Source: Octopus sinensis (Eukaryota). Taken from it: 22,400 nt of DNA. Shown piece by piece: positions 1-10,189 of this stretch (within the stretch, counting starts at the first letter, position 1; every line of letters starts with the position of its first letter). A program made the translations under genes and the position numbers. The stretch is from assembly GCF_006345805.1 (NCBI RefSeq), contig NW_021836959.1, positions 1-22,400 of the forward strand, written 5' to 3'. The notes beneath the pieces are model-generated. The model saw only the letters and a program-made list of their open reading frames with translations. It searched no databases and had not been told where the DNA came from.

Positions 1-2745
1 TCTGCTGATTGGTCACCTCTTTGGGACCATCATTGACAGAGTTCTCATGTAGGGCTCACAGATGGGAGACATGCAAAATAGTGAGATGCTTGTTATATTT
101 GACTTGTGCAGAAATAGGGAGCAGCAAATCTTAGTGAAAAAAAAGCTAAAACGAATCTAGATCACTTTAACCCTTTTGTTACCATATTTCTGTTGAGATG
201 CTCTGTTTCTTAATATAACAAAGAATTTAGTAAAATAACTTGGTTATCATTAAGCTAGTGTTCGGAACATAAATTGTGACTAAGGTTTGGTGGAAGATTT
301 TAATTCAGAACTTTAAAAACAAAACATTTGTACTACAGAGCCAGAGGCGGTTTCGGCCGGGTAGGTAACGAAGGGGTTAACAGCAAGACAATGTTGAGTG
401 TTATTTGTTGGGGCAGAAGTTTTGGGAGAGAAAAAAAAACAAAACGAACTGGTATTGTCCTTTGGAGACCTTAACCTGTGGGTGAGGAAAAGTGACAAAG
501 CTCTCCTATACAGAGTTCTCCATCAGAAATTCAGAATATTAAGTGCATGGTGTTGGGTTTGGCAATATAGGACCAAGAACTGGAGGAGTGTCTTGAATAG
601 GGTTACCAAATGATGATCATAAGATAAAATCCAGTCATGTTGTACTCTCTGCACTGTTTATTTCACTATTCCAATCGATGTGATGGCCACAGAAAAGGTA
701 GGCATTTGGAGGTCGGCAGTTGCTGTCCTTCTGCCTTGAATGCACTGGTGTGCATTCTAAGCAAAGTGTTTGAGGGATTGTGACATTTGATAATGCACCT
801 ACTTCTGCCTATCTGTATTTTTTTTTATTTCATCTGATGTCTGTTGGAATTGTTATTTTCCAGAGGCCATTGGAATAGAGAATTTGTGGGTCACACCTCA
901 GCATTAATCAAATACCTGTATACAATGAAACAGTGTGATCAGAATTGATCAGAGGCTACAAAACTACTACTGCTACTACTACTGCAGCAATCCAGGCACC
1001 AGCTCTTGAAATTATAATAGCACTGTGCAGAAGCAGACATTATTCTGCGTCTATGACAATATTTAATGTCTTCTGGAATGTACAATCAACTGCTTTACAC
1101 CAAGTAAACCTTGAATGGCGCTAGAAATGGCAGCTGCCAAATAGAAAAATATTAAACATTGTAAAAAAAGTTATTCACTTAATTCCATCTGCTAAAGAAG
1201 TTTGTTGATAAGAATTGGAAACCTCATAATTTTGTATTTAATCAATGTTCCTAGTTTTAATTAGGGTAGCCACTGCCTACATTGAAGATGGCAGGGCTTG
1301 GCTATCATTATTTTATGTCCATTTTTAACCATTTTGGCAGCAACTGGATGGATCTTACCATATATATGAGGGAAACAGTTGATAATCCTGTTTCTTTCAA
1401 CTCAATTTCACGTCTGTGTTGTACATCCGCCCATATTCAGACAGTGATTGCTAAATGAAGCTGTGGAGCATCAATGCAATGGCGGCCGGTCCAGGCAATT
1501 TAGTTCCCTGTTAAAGTACAGAAAATTGCACTGACCACCTCATCCTGTACAACTTTTGTATTATTCTTAAGGACCACACAGACAATCCCCTATCCCCAAA
1601 CTCAAATTAAAGTTAATCAACCCCTTCAAAATAAATTGGCAACAGCATGCACATTTTCGGTAGAGTTAACCTTTAAAATTTTGATTACCACACGAGTAAA
1701 ACAGTGAAATCGCTGTTCCTCTTTTATCAAAGGGTTTCACAGTAAATCAACTGTAAATTCATTACTTCATTCGATAGAATTTAAATATCTTTTCCAGAAC
1801 TCCCTAAAGTTCCAGAGAGAATTTACCACAATTACCAACCATAATAGTGAATGTTAGGATGTCAGTTTTATTGTACAACAATTTGTCCTGGGTTTAAAAG
1901 AAGGGGTGGCCATATGTTTTCTCCATGGGCAACTGTGATCGAGCTGTAGTTTTCCCACTTTGTAAGATTCTTATTTCTTCAAGAAGCCGAACAAGGCCTC
2001 CATTTACATTCACACAAACCACCGCATCACCAACAGAATTAAAGAATCCTATTGCTGGAATACGTGAGAGAGTCTGATTTGACCTCTGACATCTTGAATA
2101 GGGTTCTACTTTATAACTTTAGTCAGATGGTAATATACAAGTAACACTCCCAAATGCAGCAGAAGTACCCAGAAGTAAGGCATAATTTGGTTCAATCTCC
2201 CATGTAACATGAATGAAGGCATTCATATAGTTTGGAAGATATTTCTCATGGACACACACACATTTCAGTAATGTCAAGGTCAGCTATTTTTGCTTCTAAC
2301 ACCACTAGCTCTCCTCTGAAATAGCCAACTTGAAACTGCAGAAAGCCCTATATCTGCTCATGCATTTACACTAATTCAGGCTATTTCCTTGTTCTAATTT
2401 GCCAGGAAATTCAAAGGAACTGCTTATAAGAATGTACTCCAATGGTGTGACATGTCATTCACAATGCCGCTCCATACTTAAGTGTTTTCTGGAATTGTAT
2501 GTTATTCTTAGATAAGAAATTCCAGATATTAAAACATCTGGTGATATCACTTAATTACAAAATACTTCTGATCTATGGTTATCATCACCAAAGAAAATTC
2601 TTCCTCATGCACAACATCTGCTAATTTAGCAGTCTATCTAGCAATAATGGTATTTCTAGGCTCCCAATTTTTTGGTCACTTGATCTGCCTTGACCAGTGA
2701 CAATGATTTGTAACTAGTGCATTGTGGGATATACCAATTCATCAA
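1..2745 (-). pseudogene. Endogenous viral element: decayed L (RdRp) gene of a Mononegavirales-like negative-sense RNA virus, N-terminal ~third, with many stops and frameshifts, truncated by the window edge
   Basis: Manual minus-strand translation gives L-type motifs in the right order. These are KTYGHPFF (GHP at 1911-1903), REIELKETG (1412-1386; pre-motif A/F KERELKxxG), YGKIHPVA..IAK (1362-1297), (D)FSRWN (1196-1182; motif A), IQGLLGVKQLI (1116-1084), MSQSLKHFA (786-760), DLQMPTFSVAITSI (714-673), FPHP (490-479; FPDP-like) and TLNI (401-390). GHP to REIELK is ~166 codons and REIELK to motif A is ~71 codons, against ~171 and ~75 in VSV L (numbering recalled from memory). The motifs B/C region is degenerate. 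Confidence 0.8.
171..376. mobile_element. piggyBac-type non-autonomous element (MITE) inserted in the EVE
   Basis: TTAA at 167-170 and 377-380 (target-site duplication). Terminal inverted repeats CCCTTTTGTTACC (171-183) and GGTAACGAAGGGG (364-376) match at 11/13. It is 206 bp with no coding capacity. Confidence 0.85.
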
Positions 2746-2929
2746 ATATTGTTTTACATGTGTGAGTATGTGAAACTCTGAGTAGCAGTAAAGTGGTTTC
2801 TAATAAAAATATAATTTGTATTCAATTGAGGTAAACAAAAACTTGTGGAGGGGAAGGAAAAAAGGGACAAACAAGTCTGATCCCTTTTGTTTTGGTCAAT
2901 CAATCATACATTGCCCACCTCACACATAG

Positions 2930-2947
2930 ATACACCACCACCATCAC

Positions 2948-2985
<38 letters not shown>

Positions 2986-3532
2986 GTGTTGTCATAATCA
3001 TGATTGCTACAACTTACAATGGACCAATCACCTTCAGAGACATTAAAGAAACAAACACGTTGCACATTCGCCATAGCTCTCACCACCACCACCACCATTC
3101 TTCTTCATTACACACACACACACACACACTGGTGCAGTGGGTCTGCAGACCCCTCGGGGCAGCCACTTTATTTGTGTGTTTGCTGCAATCGGAGGGATGT
3201 TAGATTTAATGAATGGGACGGTTCAAACCCAGGCAGTGCCACTTCTACACACACGCACCTTCATACATTCATATATGCAAAAGAAATGCGGGATTTTCAC
3301 CACCACCACCACCACCACCATCATCATCTGCTATGACCCTACCATTACCACCACCACCACCCTCAATATCATCACTGTGATCTCCACCATCACTATCACT
3401 ACCATGATCTCTACCATGGCCACCACCACCATCATCTTCACCACTGTGATCTCCGCCATCACTAACATGATCTCCACCACCACCACCACCACCACCACCA
3501 CCACCACCATCGTCAAAACTTTTCACTAACTC

Positions 3533-3566
<34 letters not shown>
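2930..3566. repeat. Compound (CAC)n/(CAT)n/(CA)n microsatellite and cryptic triplet region
   Basis: Directly visible runs that generate the poly-I/H/T/G/V ORFs in the ORF track. Confidence 0.95.
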
Positions 3567-3659
3567 CATTCTGTCATCTCTATTTGTAGATTCATTCCTA
3601 AAATCCGGAATTCTTATATTTAAATTTTAATGTATTATAATTATGCATTCAATGCAACA

Positions 3660-4090
3660 AAACACACACACACATATATTTATACACTCATATATATAAA
3701 TACATACATATATAGATATACATACACACATACATATATTATGCCTGTTTATTATACATGTATGAATATATGTGTGTGTATATAGGTATATATACTGTGT
3801 ATGTATGTATATATGTATGTGTATATATATATATATATATATGTATATATACTGTGTACATATATATATGTATATATACTGTGTATATATATATATACAC
3901 CTGTATGTATGTGTGTGTATGCATTTACACACACTCATGCATTCATACAGACATCTAATTTGTCATTCCACTTTGGAAAATTATTATGTATGCATATGTA
4001 TGTCCACTGACACACAGAGACACCTGTATGCATATACATACATTCACACATCTATGCATATGTATATATAATCTGTGTGTGTGTGTTCAA
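3660..4090. repeat. Degenerate (TA)n/(CA)n/(TATG)n low-complexity tract
   Basis: Alternating purine-pyrimidine repeats. The ORFs here are YI/HT/CV repeats. Confidence 0.95.
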
Positions 4091-4599
4091 GGACACCCAT
4101 ATCTTTTTTCTCTCGCATGGTGAGGATTTTATGAGAATCAATTCTGAATTTGTCATCTTTTTTTTTTTTTTTTTTCCACTGTGTTTGTGTGTGTGTTTGA
4201 TATTTTATATATAAAAATATTATTTATAAATAAACGAAGAAAGAGGCAGATTGGAAAATTTGCTTAATTAATATTTACAAATGTTCAATAGATTTTCTGT
4301 CATTTATTTTCTGAGCCTGTTTTATATTTGTCCTTCCTTCATTGTTTCAACAATTTAGTTGACATATTTAACCCTTCCCATGATCCTCTCTCCATCATCC
4401 TCTCACAAACCCTTCCCGTGATTGTATTCCTGATGAAACACACTCTGTTACGTGTGTTTTATTTTTTTTGGGTTTTTTTTTTAATAATCCAAATTTCTTT
4501 TTGAGGGGAGGGGTTACTTTCAAAATAACTCAAACTTCTGTTAAGAACAGTGGATGGAATAAATTGTTAAAATATCTGGGGAAAAAAATACTTGCGGGG

Positions 4600-4770
4600 T
4601 TCGTTCTTGTTCTTTGTGTTTTGAGTTCAAATCCTGCCAGTTGAGTTTACCCTTCATCCTTTCAGGGTTGATAAAATAAAATACCAGTCATATACTTGGG
4701 TTGCTATAAATCATTTCCCTCCTTCATCTTTTCAATTTTCTGACCTTGTGCTTTATATAAGAAACATTTT
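4600..4770 (+). mobile_element. tRNA-derived SINE (ATT-tailed family), diverged partial copy
   Basis: GAGTTCAAATCC B-box-like motif followed by CCTTCATCCTTTCAGGGTTGATAAAATAAAATACCAGT and GACCTTGTGC, shared with the copies at 9.1-11.7 kb. Confidence 0.75.
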
Positions 4771-5028
4771 TTTTCTTATCAAGCTGATGTTTTGAAAGTT
4801 AACGAGACAAGTTTTCTTACGTAATTTTTATTTATTTATTTTTGTCTTAGATGGTATGGGGTTGGGTGGGGTAGACAGATACATGACCTTTGCAGAGCCT
4901 CCAAGACTGGAGGGAGATGGAAATGGGAGGGGTGGAGGGTGTTTACAACTCCTCGGGAGTACAGTCTTACAATCCATCCGACAAGCTCCCACGCAGTTTT
5001 TAATGTTTTACTTGCATAGCTTGGGTCG

Positions 5029-5069
5029 TCAACAACCGTCAACCGACGATATTGACGGAAGACATTTAC
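5029..5069 (-). CDS. Probable (terminal) coding exon of an unidentified minus-strand host gene
   Basis: Long polypyrimidine tract plus CTGCAG acceptor (AG at 5071-5070). In phase with the upstream exon it reads GKCLPSISSVDGC then TGA (5031-5029). It is locally CpG-rich, and AATAAA-like signals lie at ~4845-4830 on the minus strand. The reading frame is not certain. Confidence 0.45.
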
Positions 5070-5460
5070 CTGCAGAGAGAAAGCAAAAAAAAGAAAGAAA
5101 AAGTTAAAAAAAAAGAAAAGACATTTCAGTTTTAATTTAAATTACGACAAACACTTCATTTGAAATAAAAAAAAAAATTGCAAGAATTTGTATGATGGAA
5201 TAAGATTGAGAGGCAATTTCAGACAGGTCTCTGTAGAAATGGTTAGCAAAGACAAATGACAAAAACAACAAAAAAAAAACAAGAAAAGAAACTGTTTTTT
5301 TTAAACAATCTTTTATTATTTAAAAAGAAAATTACATTAAAAAAATCTTTTTGTTATTTTTGTTTTCATTTTTATTGCCTTTGTTTTTGACTTTTTTAAA
5401 ATTTTATTATTTCTCTTATTTTTTATTTATTTAAATTTTTTTTTCTTTTCATCTTTTTAC

Positions 5461-5529
5461 CTGCTTGATTGGAGGTGACCCACTGAGACAACTGGACACT
5501 TCCAATTTGCAAAGTCTTCTTTTCGTATT
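5461..5529 (-). CDS. Probable 69-nt internal exon of the same unidentified gene
   Basis: Acceptor TTTTGTAACAG (AG at 5531-5530) and donor CAG|GTAAAA (GT at 5460-5459). The length is a multiple of 3 and all three frames are open. Phase 1 gives (E)YEKKTLQIGSVQLSQWVTSNQA. A 391-nt intron separates it from the acceptor at 5070. Confidence 0.5.
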
Positions 5530-5714
5530 CTGTTACAAAATAATAATAGTAATAATAATAATAATAATAAAAGTAAAACTTCTTGTTTTTCACCCTCAGT
5601 GGAAGTCCAAAGCCCTGAAGGAAGTGGGGTTGGGTGGGGAGAAGTCATGACATTGCCAAGAGTGGAGAAGAAACAGGCTCGAGAAAGAACTCAAAATTTT
5701 CAATGAAACTGCTA

Positions 5715-5745
<31 letters not shown>

Positions 5746-6249
5746 AGAAATTAAAAATATTTTGTTTTTTTCCTAGCACCGGCATTCCCCCCCCCCATTT
5801 ACCTTTCAGCCCTCCATTCCACCCCAACCATTTCACTCTAATCAATCATCCACTCTCCTTTTAATTAAAACTTTTCTTAGATTTTCATGAATTAATCATT
5901 ATTTATTGACAAATTCAAGCCAAAAAAATATTAAAATAAATAAAAATTGAAAATAAATAAATTGAAATACATTGTGAGAGAATGGGTTCTCTTTTTTTTT
6001 TTTGCCTTTTTGCCTTTTCGGCATGGCGTTGGGGTTCTTTTCACTCTAAAAGTTTAACTATTTAAAGACTGACCTCTCAGGACGATTGAAAAGTGGTTAG
6101 TTTATATTGTTGTTGTTATTCTTATTTATTGATCTCTACATTATTTTTACTGCCTTGTCACCCTTGCAGTATTGAGCTAAACGTATTTACCAATAAGGCA
6201 TTCATTAGAAGTGAATGTGTTGGTTGAGGTTACGTATGGTGCAACATGA

Positions 6250-6600
6250 GATTGTCTCCATCTGCTGGACAACTGTTTTTGTTCAACACCACTAAACAAA
6301 CTTGTATACAAGCTGTGAACGAAATTACCAGGGAGTCATGAGCAGAATGACAGCTGCTACTGAAGCAAATAAGGCATCTGTCACAGTTTTAAATGAATCT
6401 GTGGAGTGGACGATGAGCTGTTGTTCTGGTTACGTTGTCAGGCAGAGAAATACTGACTGCATCATTGACTCTACTGTCACAGCTTTACTGGGAAGGTAGA
6501 AGGGGCTGATGAGATCCAGTGAGTTTGAAACAACTGCCTATAACATGACTTCTTGGTTGCTGTTGCTTGCATCTAGAGTTCAGTACATACAAGCTCATCC
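6250..6600 (-). mobile_element. Possible degraded non-LTR (RTE-like) reverse transcriptase fragment
   Basis: A minus frame reads ..VTDALFASVAAVI..QLVYKFV*WC*TKTVVQ, resembling the RT LLFADD..C..KT region. The DD is absent, so this is weak. Confidence 0.3.
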
Positions 6601-6611
6601 CATTGTTAATT

Positions 6612-6815
6612 AAAGATGGTGGATGACAGAATAAGTGCATCAAACAAAATGTCTTGTAATATTTTGTTACAAACCATTATGTTCCGAGTTCAAACCCTCT
6701 GGAGTTGATGTTGTTTCTCCTCCTCCCAAGGGTTGATAAAATAAATTAGCCATTCAGGACAGAACTCTCTCTGTCCCTCAAAATTTGGAGCTTTGTGTTT
6801 TTAAGTTATTATTAA
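6612..6815 (+). mobile_element. ATT-tailed tRNA-derived SINE, diverged copy
   Basis: GAGTTCAAACCC, GGGTTGATAAAATAAA and AAAATTTGGAGCTTTGTG, followed by a TTATTATT tail. Confidence 0.65.
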
Positions 6816-7389
6816 GGTGGGGGCCAAGCATAGGTAACAGCAAGTGTGAAGTGATGTAAACTAAATTTGTTTGCGGTATTTACATCCACTCATTTTCTTC
6901 ATCTGTTTAGGCTCAGTAAACTAGTACCAATATACGAAAATAAAACAAAAATGCCATCTCTACAAATTATTGACCTTTGCACTCATATTGATCTTTTTGT
7001 TACCAAATTTCTATTGATATCTACGGAATCAAATAATTTAGAAAATAATAAAGAATTTAATAAAATAATTTAATGAAATCTTAAGCTGGAGTTTGGGACA
7101 TAAATTAACACGGAATTTTGATGGAAGAAGGTTTTAATTTGAAATGAGAAGTTTGTATGACACACCTTGAGGTAGTTTCAAGTGAGTTGGTATCAAAAGG
7201 TTAAGTACCATTAAAAAAATCTCAACTAGTGAACCAGAGAGGGTACACATCCATAGACAAATCTGTATTGACATACTTGATGGGTGGAACGTAAAAAATG
7301 AATGAGAAATAATTATGCTGCAGGAGGTGAGGATATTAACCAATGACTGTTGTAGTTTGAATTATTTTGGTAAACACCAGAGACATAAG

Positions 7390-7700
7390 GAAAATGCATT
7401 GTTCCATACCATTATCAAATACAAAACAAATAAGCACCAAATCTGACAATCCTGGACCTTGCTGTCATCCCTTCTGGAAGTGATCTGTGTTTTTGAAACA
7501 GTTTTCCTTCTCTATCATCTTGACTCTCAAGAGTCGTCTTTTAGAATGTCTGAAAGCTGCTTCCAATAAGAATTGATCCTTTTGGTTCTGATTATAGTTT
7601 GGATATGATGGGAATTATAAGTTTCCAAAGGCAGGAGTGACCTCCCAGCTCATATACAGTCTGTTATAAACTTTTTCACTGACTTTTGTCTCATTCAAAT
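7390..7700 (-). mobile_element. Degraded non-LTR (RTE-like) reverse transcriptase fragment
   Basis: A near-open minus frame reads SEKVYNRLYMSWEV..LLEAAFRHSKRRLLRV..FQKG*QQGPGLS, resembling RT EKAYDRV..LW / LY..S..VRV / GVRQGxxLSP. Confidence 0.45.
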
Positions 7701-7939
7701 GCTTTCAGTACAGCATCCACATCTAATAATAATAATAAATTTGTGTAATTGTTTGCTGCCACAGTCTTGAGGCCATGTGAAGGCAGGAAGCTGTCAAACA
7801 GCAAATAGCGTGTGAGTGAGTGGTAGCAAATATATATATGCATATTATACATGCTGATACATAGATGCGGACACACATTTGCAGACATATGCATAGACAC
7901 ATACATCCATACATGTATTCATACACATACACATATATA

Positions 7940-8110
7940 AATGCATGTATGACTGAGTGGTTACAGAATTGGCTATGGAATTGCATGCTCTGATATTTCT
8001 GTCTCAAATAATGGCTCCTTGGGCAAGTGCTTTCACTGTAGCTTTGAATCAACCAATACCTCCTGAGTGGAATTAGCAGACAAATACTTTTTGGAAGTCT
8101 GTTGTATGTA
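7940..8110 (+). mobile_element. tRNA-derived SINE, 5' head (second family), diverged
   Basis: TGACTGAGTGGTTA head, CCTTGGGCAAGTG core and CTGAGTGGAATTAGCAGAC, homologous to the reverse complement of 19040-19200. Confidence 0.6.
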
Positions 8111-8388
8111 CACATACATACACCCATATATATATATGTATATATATCTGTATGTGTATGTATGAAAGAATGAAACGTCTATCTAATTTACATTCATTTT
8201 AGTTTTAATACTGTATATTATACGGCATAGAAAGATATTTTCAAAAGCAAATAATAAAGATTCAATATTTCATGTATACATATTTAATGTCTAAGTATTC
8301 AATGCTAGCATGAACTGATTTAGAGGCAGGAATTTACAGCTGGAAAGTCTTCTTCTTGACAACCTTCACCTGTTTTCAGGTATACTAT

Positions 8389-8420
<32 letters not shown>

Positions 8421-8445
8421 GAGACAGCATATTATATCTTTGCAG

Positions 8446-8722
8446 TGAAGGCACATAGCTCAGTGGTTAGTGTAACAGGCTTACAATCGTGAGATTATGA
8501 GTTCAGTTTGGCTGTGTGTTGTGTTCTTGAGCAAGACAGTTTATTTCATATTGCCAAGCTGTATCGGCCCCTTTGCCTTTCCCTTGCACATCAGTGGCAT
8601 GGAGAAGGGAGAGGAGTATGCATGGGTGACTGCTGGTCTTCCACAAACAACCTCACCCAGACTTGTACCTCGGAGGGGAACTCTCTAGGTATAATCCTAT
8701 GGTCATCCGTGACTGAAGGGAT
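8446..8722 (+). mobile_element. tRNA-derived CORE-type SINE
   Basis: A-box-like AGCTCAGTGG, B-box-like GAGTTCAG, CORE-like TGTGTTCTTGAGCAAGACA..TATTTCA, and a distinct 3' tail ending GACTGAAGGG. Confidence 0.7.
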
Positions 8723-8949
8723 TCAAGGAAATATCTATGTTATTTAGTGTAGAAAATGTTTTCAAAAAGTAAAGAAAGTATCCTATGGAAACAGATTTGC
8801 GATTCTCTCCAATTGTCAAGATGCGTGATGACATTGGCACCCCAATATCTTTATGTAAACAACTAAATAAATGTTGAATCTGGTGGGGAGAGGGAGGGCC
8901 TAAATTTGCCCTCAAAATCTTCTGGAACAAAATCTTTTGCCTGCAGCAC

Positions 8950-9070
8950 TCCACCATCTTAAAACAATGAAAACAAAAACAATTTCATAGATAGCCTGTG
9001 AAAATAAAATGGGATGGTCATAGCTAGAGTGCCTTTGATCAAAAGTTTACTAGATTAGAGCTGATGGGGT
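8950..9070. repeat. Unclassified dispersed repeat, copy 1 (inverted relative to 16988-17110)
   Basis: The reverse complement GATCAAAGGCACTCTAGCTATGACCATCCCATT resembles GATCAAGAGCATTCCACTCATGACCATTCCAT at 16988. Confidence 0.5.
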
Positions 9071-9127
9071 AATATATCTGCCACCAAAATCTGTGGTTCT
9101 CTGCCCCTTTTTTAATTAAGGTTTTAT

Positions 9128-10158
9128 TAAGATGGTAGAATCATTAGGACAGTGGAGCAACATTTTGTCTGTCTTAACGTTCTGAGTTCAAATTCCACTG
9201 AGGTCAGCTTAGCCTTTCATCCTTTCAGGGTTAATAAAATAAGTACCAGTTGACAACTGGGGATTAATGTAATCGACTAGTTCCCCTCCCCCAAATTTCA
9301 GGCCTTGTACCTTTAGTAGAAAGGATTATTATTATTATTAAGGCAGTGAGCTGGTAGAATTGGTGCATTGGACAAAGTACTAAGCAGTATTGCTTCTAGT
9401 TTTTTAGATTCTGAGTTCAAAGCTGATAGTACCAGTCATGTGCTGGGGTTCATGTAATAGACTAACCCCTTCTCATTTTGTTGGCCTTGTACCAAAAATT
9501 TGAAACATTATTATTATTATTATTATTATTACAAAGGTTTTGGTTGACAGAATGTGGGTGTATTTGTGGTCCTTTGCTATCAAAGTTCAAATCTTGCCCT
9601 GGTCAACTTTGCTTTTCATCTTTCCTGAGCCAAGTTAATTGACCAGCCTCCTCTACAAAATCTCAGGATTTCAGCCTATATTATTAAAAAAAAAACTATC
9701 ACATTATAACGATAATAATAATAATTATTGTTATTATTATTATTATTATTATTGTTATTGTGGCTGGTGCCAAACACAATCTCGACTGTTGCTAGTTCAT
9801 TCCAAGGTCTAAATCTCAGGGTTTCCACTCCTTAACACACATGAATGCCACCAACTCTTATCTCGCACCCACATTCCCTTTAGCAAAAACAAAACAAAAT
9901 AAAAACTATCTCAGGGTTCATATCTATGCAAGAAAGTGTTTATTTTTTAGTTACCAGATGTTAGTGGTTGTTGATGTATCATTATCTTTTTGAATATATT
10001 TTAATTCCCACTTGAATCCAATCAGCAATTTGCACCCCAACTTTACTGGGTTGGTAAAATGAATCACCAGTCAAGAGCCATGATTATGTAATTATTCAAC
10101 ACCCTCTTTTAAAAAATTGCTGTCCTTGTGCTTAAATCAAAAACCCTCATTATCATCA

Positions 10159-10189
<31 letters not shown>

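Noticed and set aside
543-590. Plus-strand HGVGFGNIGPRT resembles a K+ channel pore signature
   Set aside because: It is isolated, flanked by stops, has no pore helix or splice context, and lies antisense to the L-like frame.
670-1020. CRPPNAYLFCG and a hydrophobic AVVVAVVVL stretch suggested a retroviral env or glycoprotein
   Set aside because: The hydrophobic run comes from a (GTA)n microsatellite, and overlapping frames carry better, correctly spaced L-polymerase motifs.
1345-1375. FPHIYG on the minus strand resembles the DUF952 C-terminal motif
   Set aside because: No other DUF952 features are present, and the segment is better explained as the GRLF(A/G)KM region of viral L.
2892-4071. 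Many 60-130 aa ORFs (poly-I/H/T/G, YI repeats)
   Set aside because: They arise from stop-free microsatellite frames, with no protein-like complexity. The same applies to the ORFs at 10558-11084, 12620-13395, 15878-16210, 17448-19466 and 21104-22236.
4365-4425. TTAACCCTT start and a short AACCCTTCCC(A/G)TGAT direct repeat suggesting another piggyBac MITE
   Set aside because: No matching opposite TIR or TTAA was found.
8451-8510. A- and B-box-like motifs suggesting a tRNA gene
   Set aside because: No cloverleaf could be formed, and it continues into a CORE-type SINE body.
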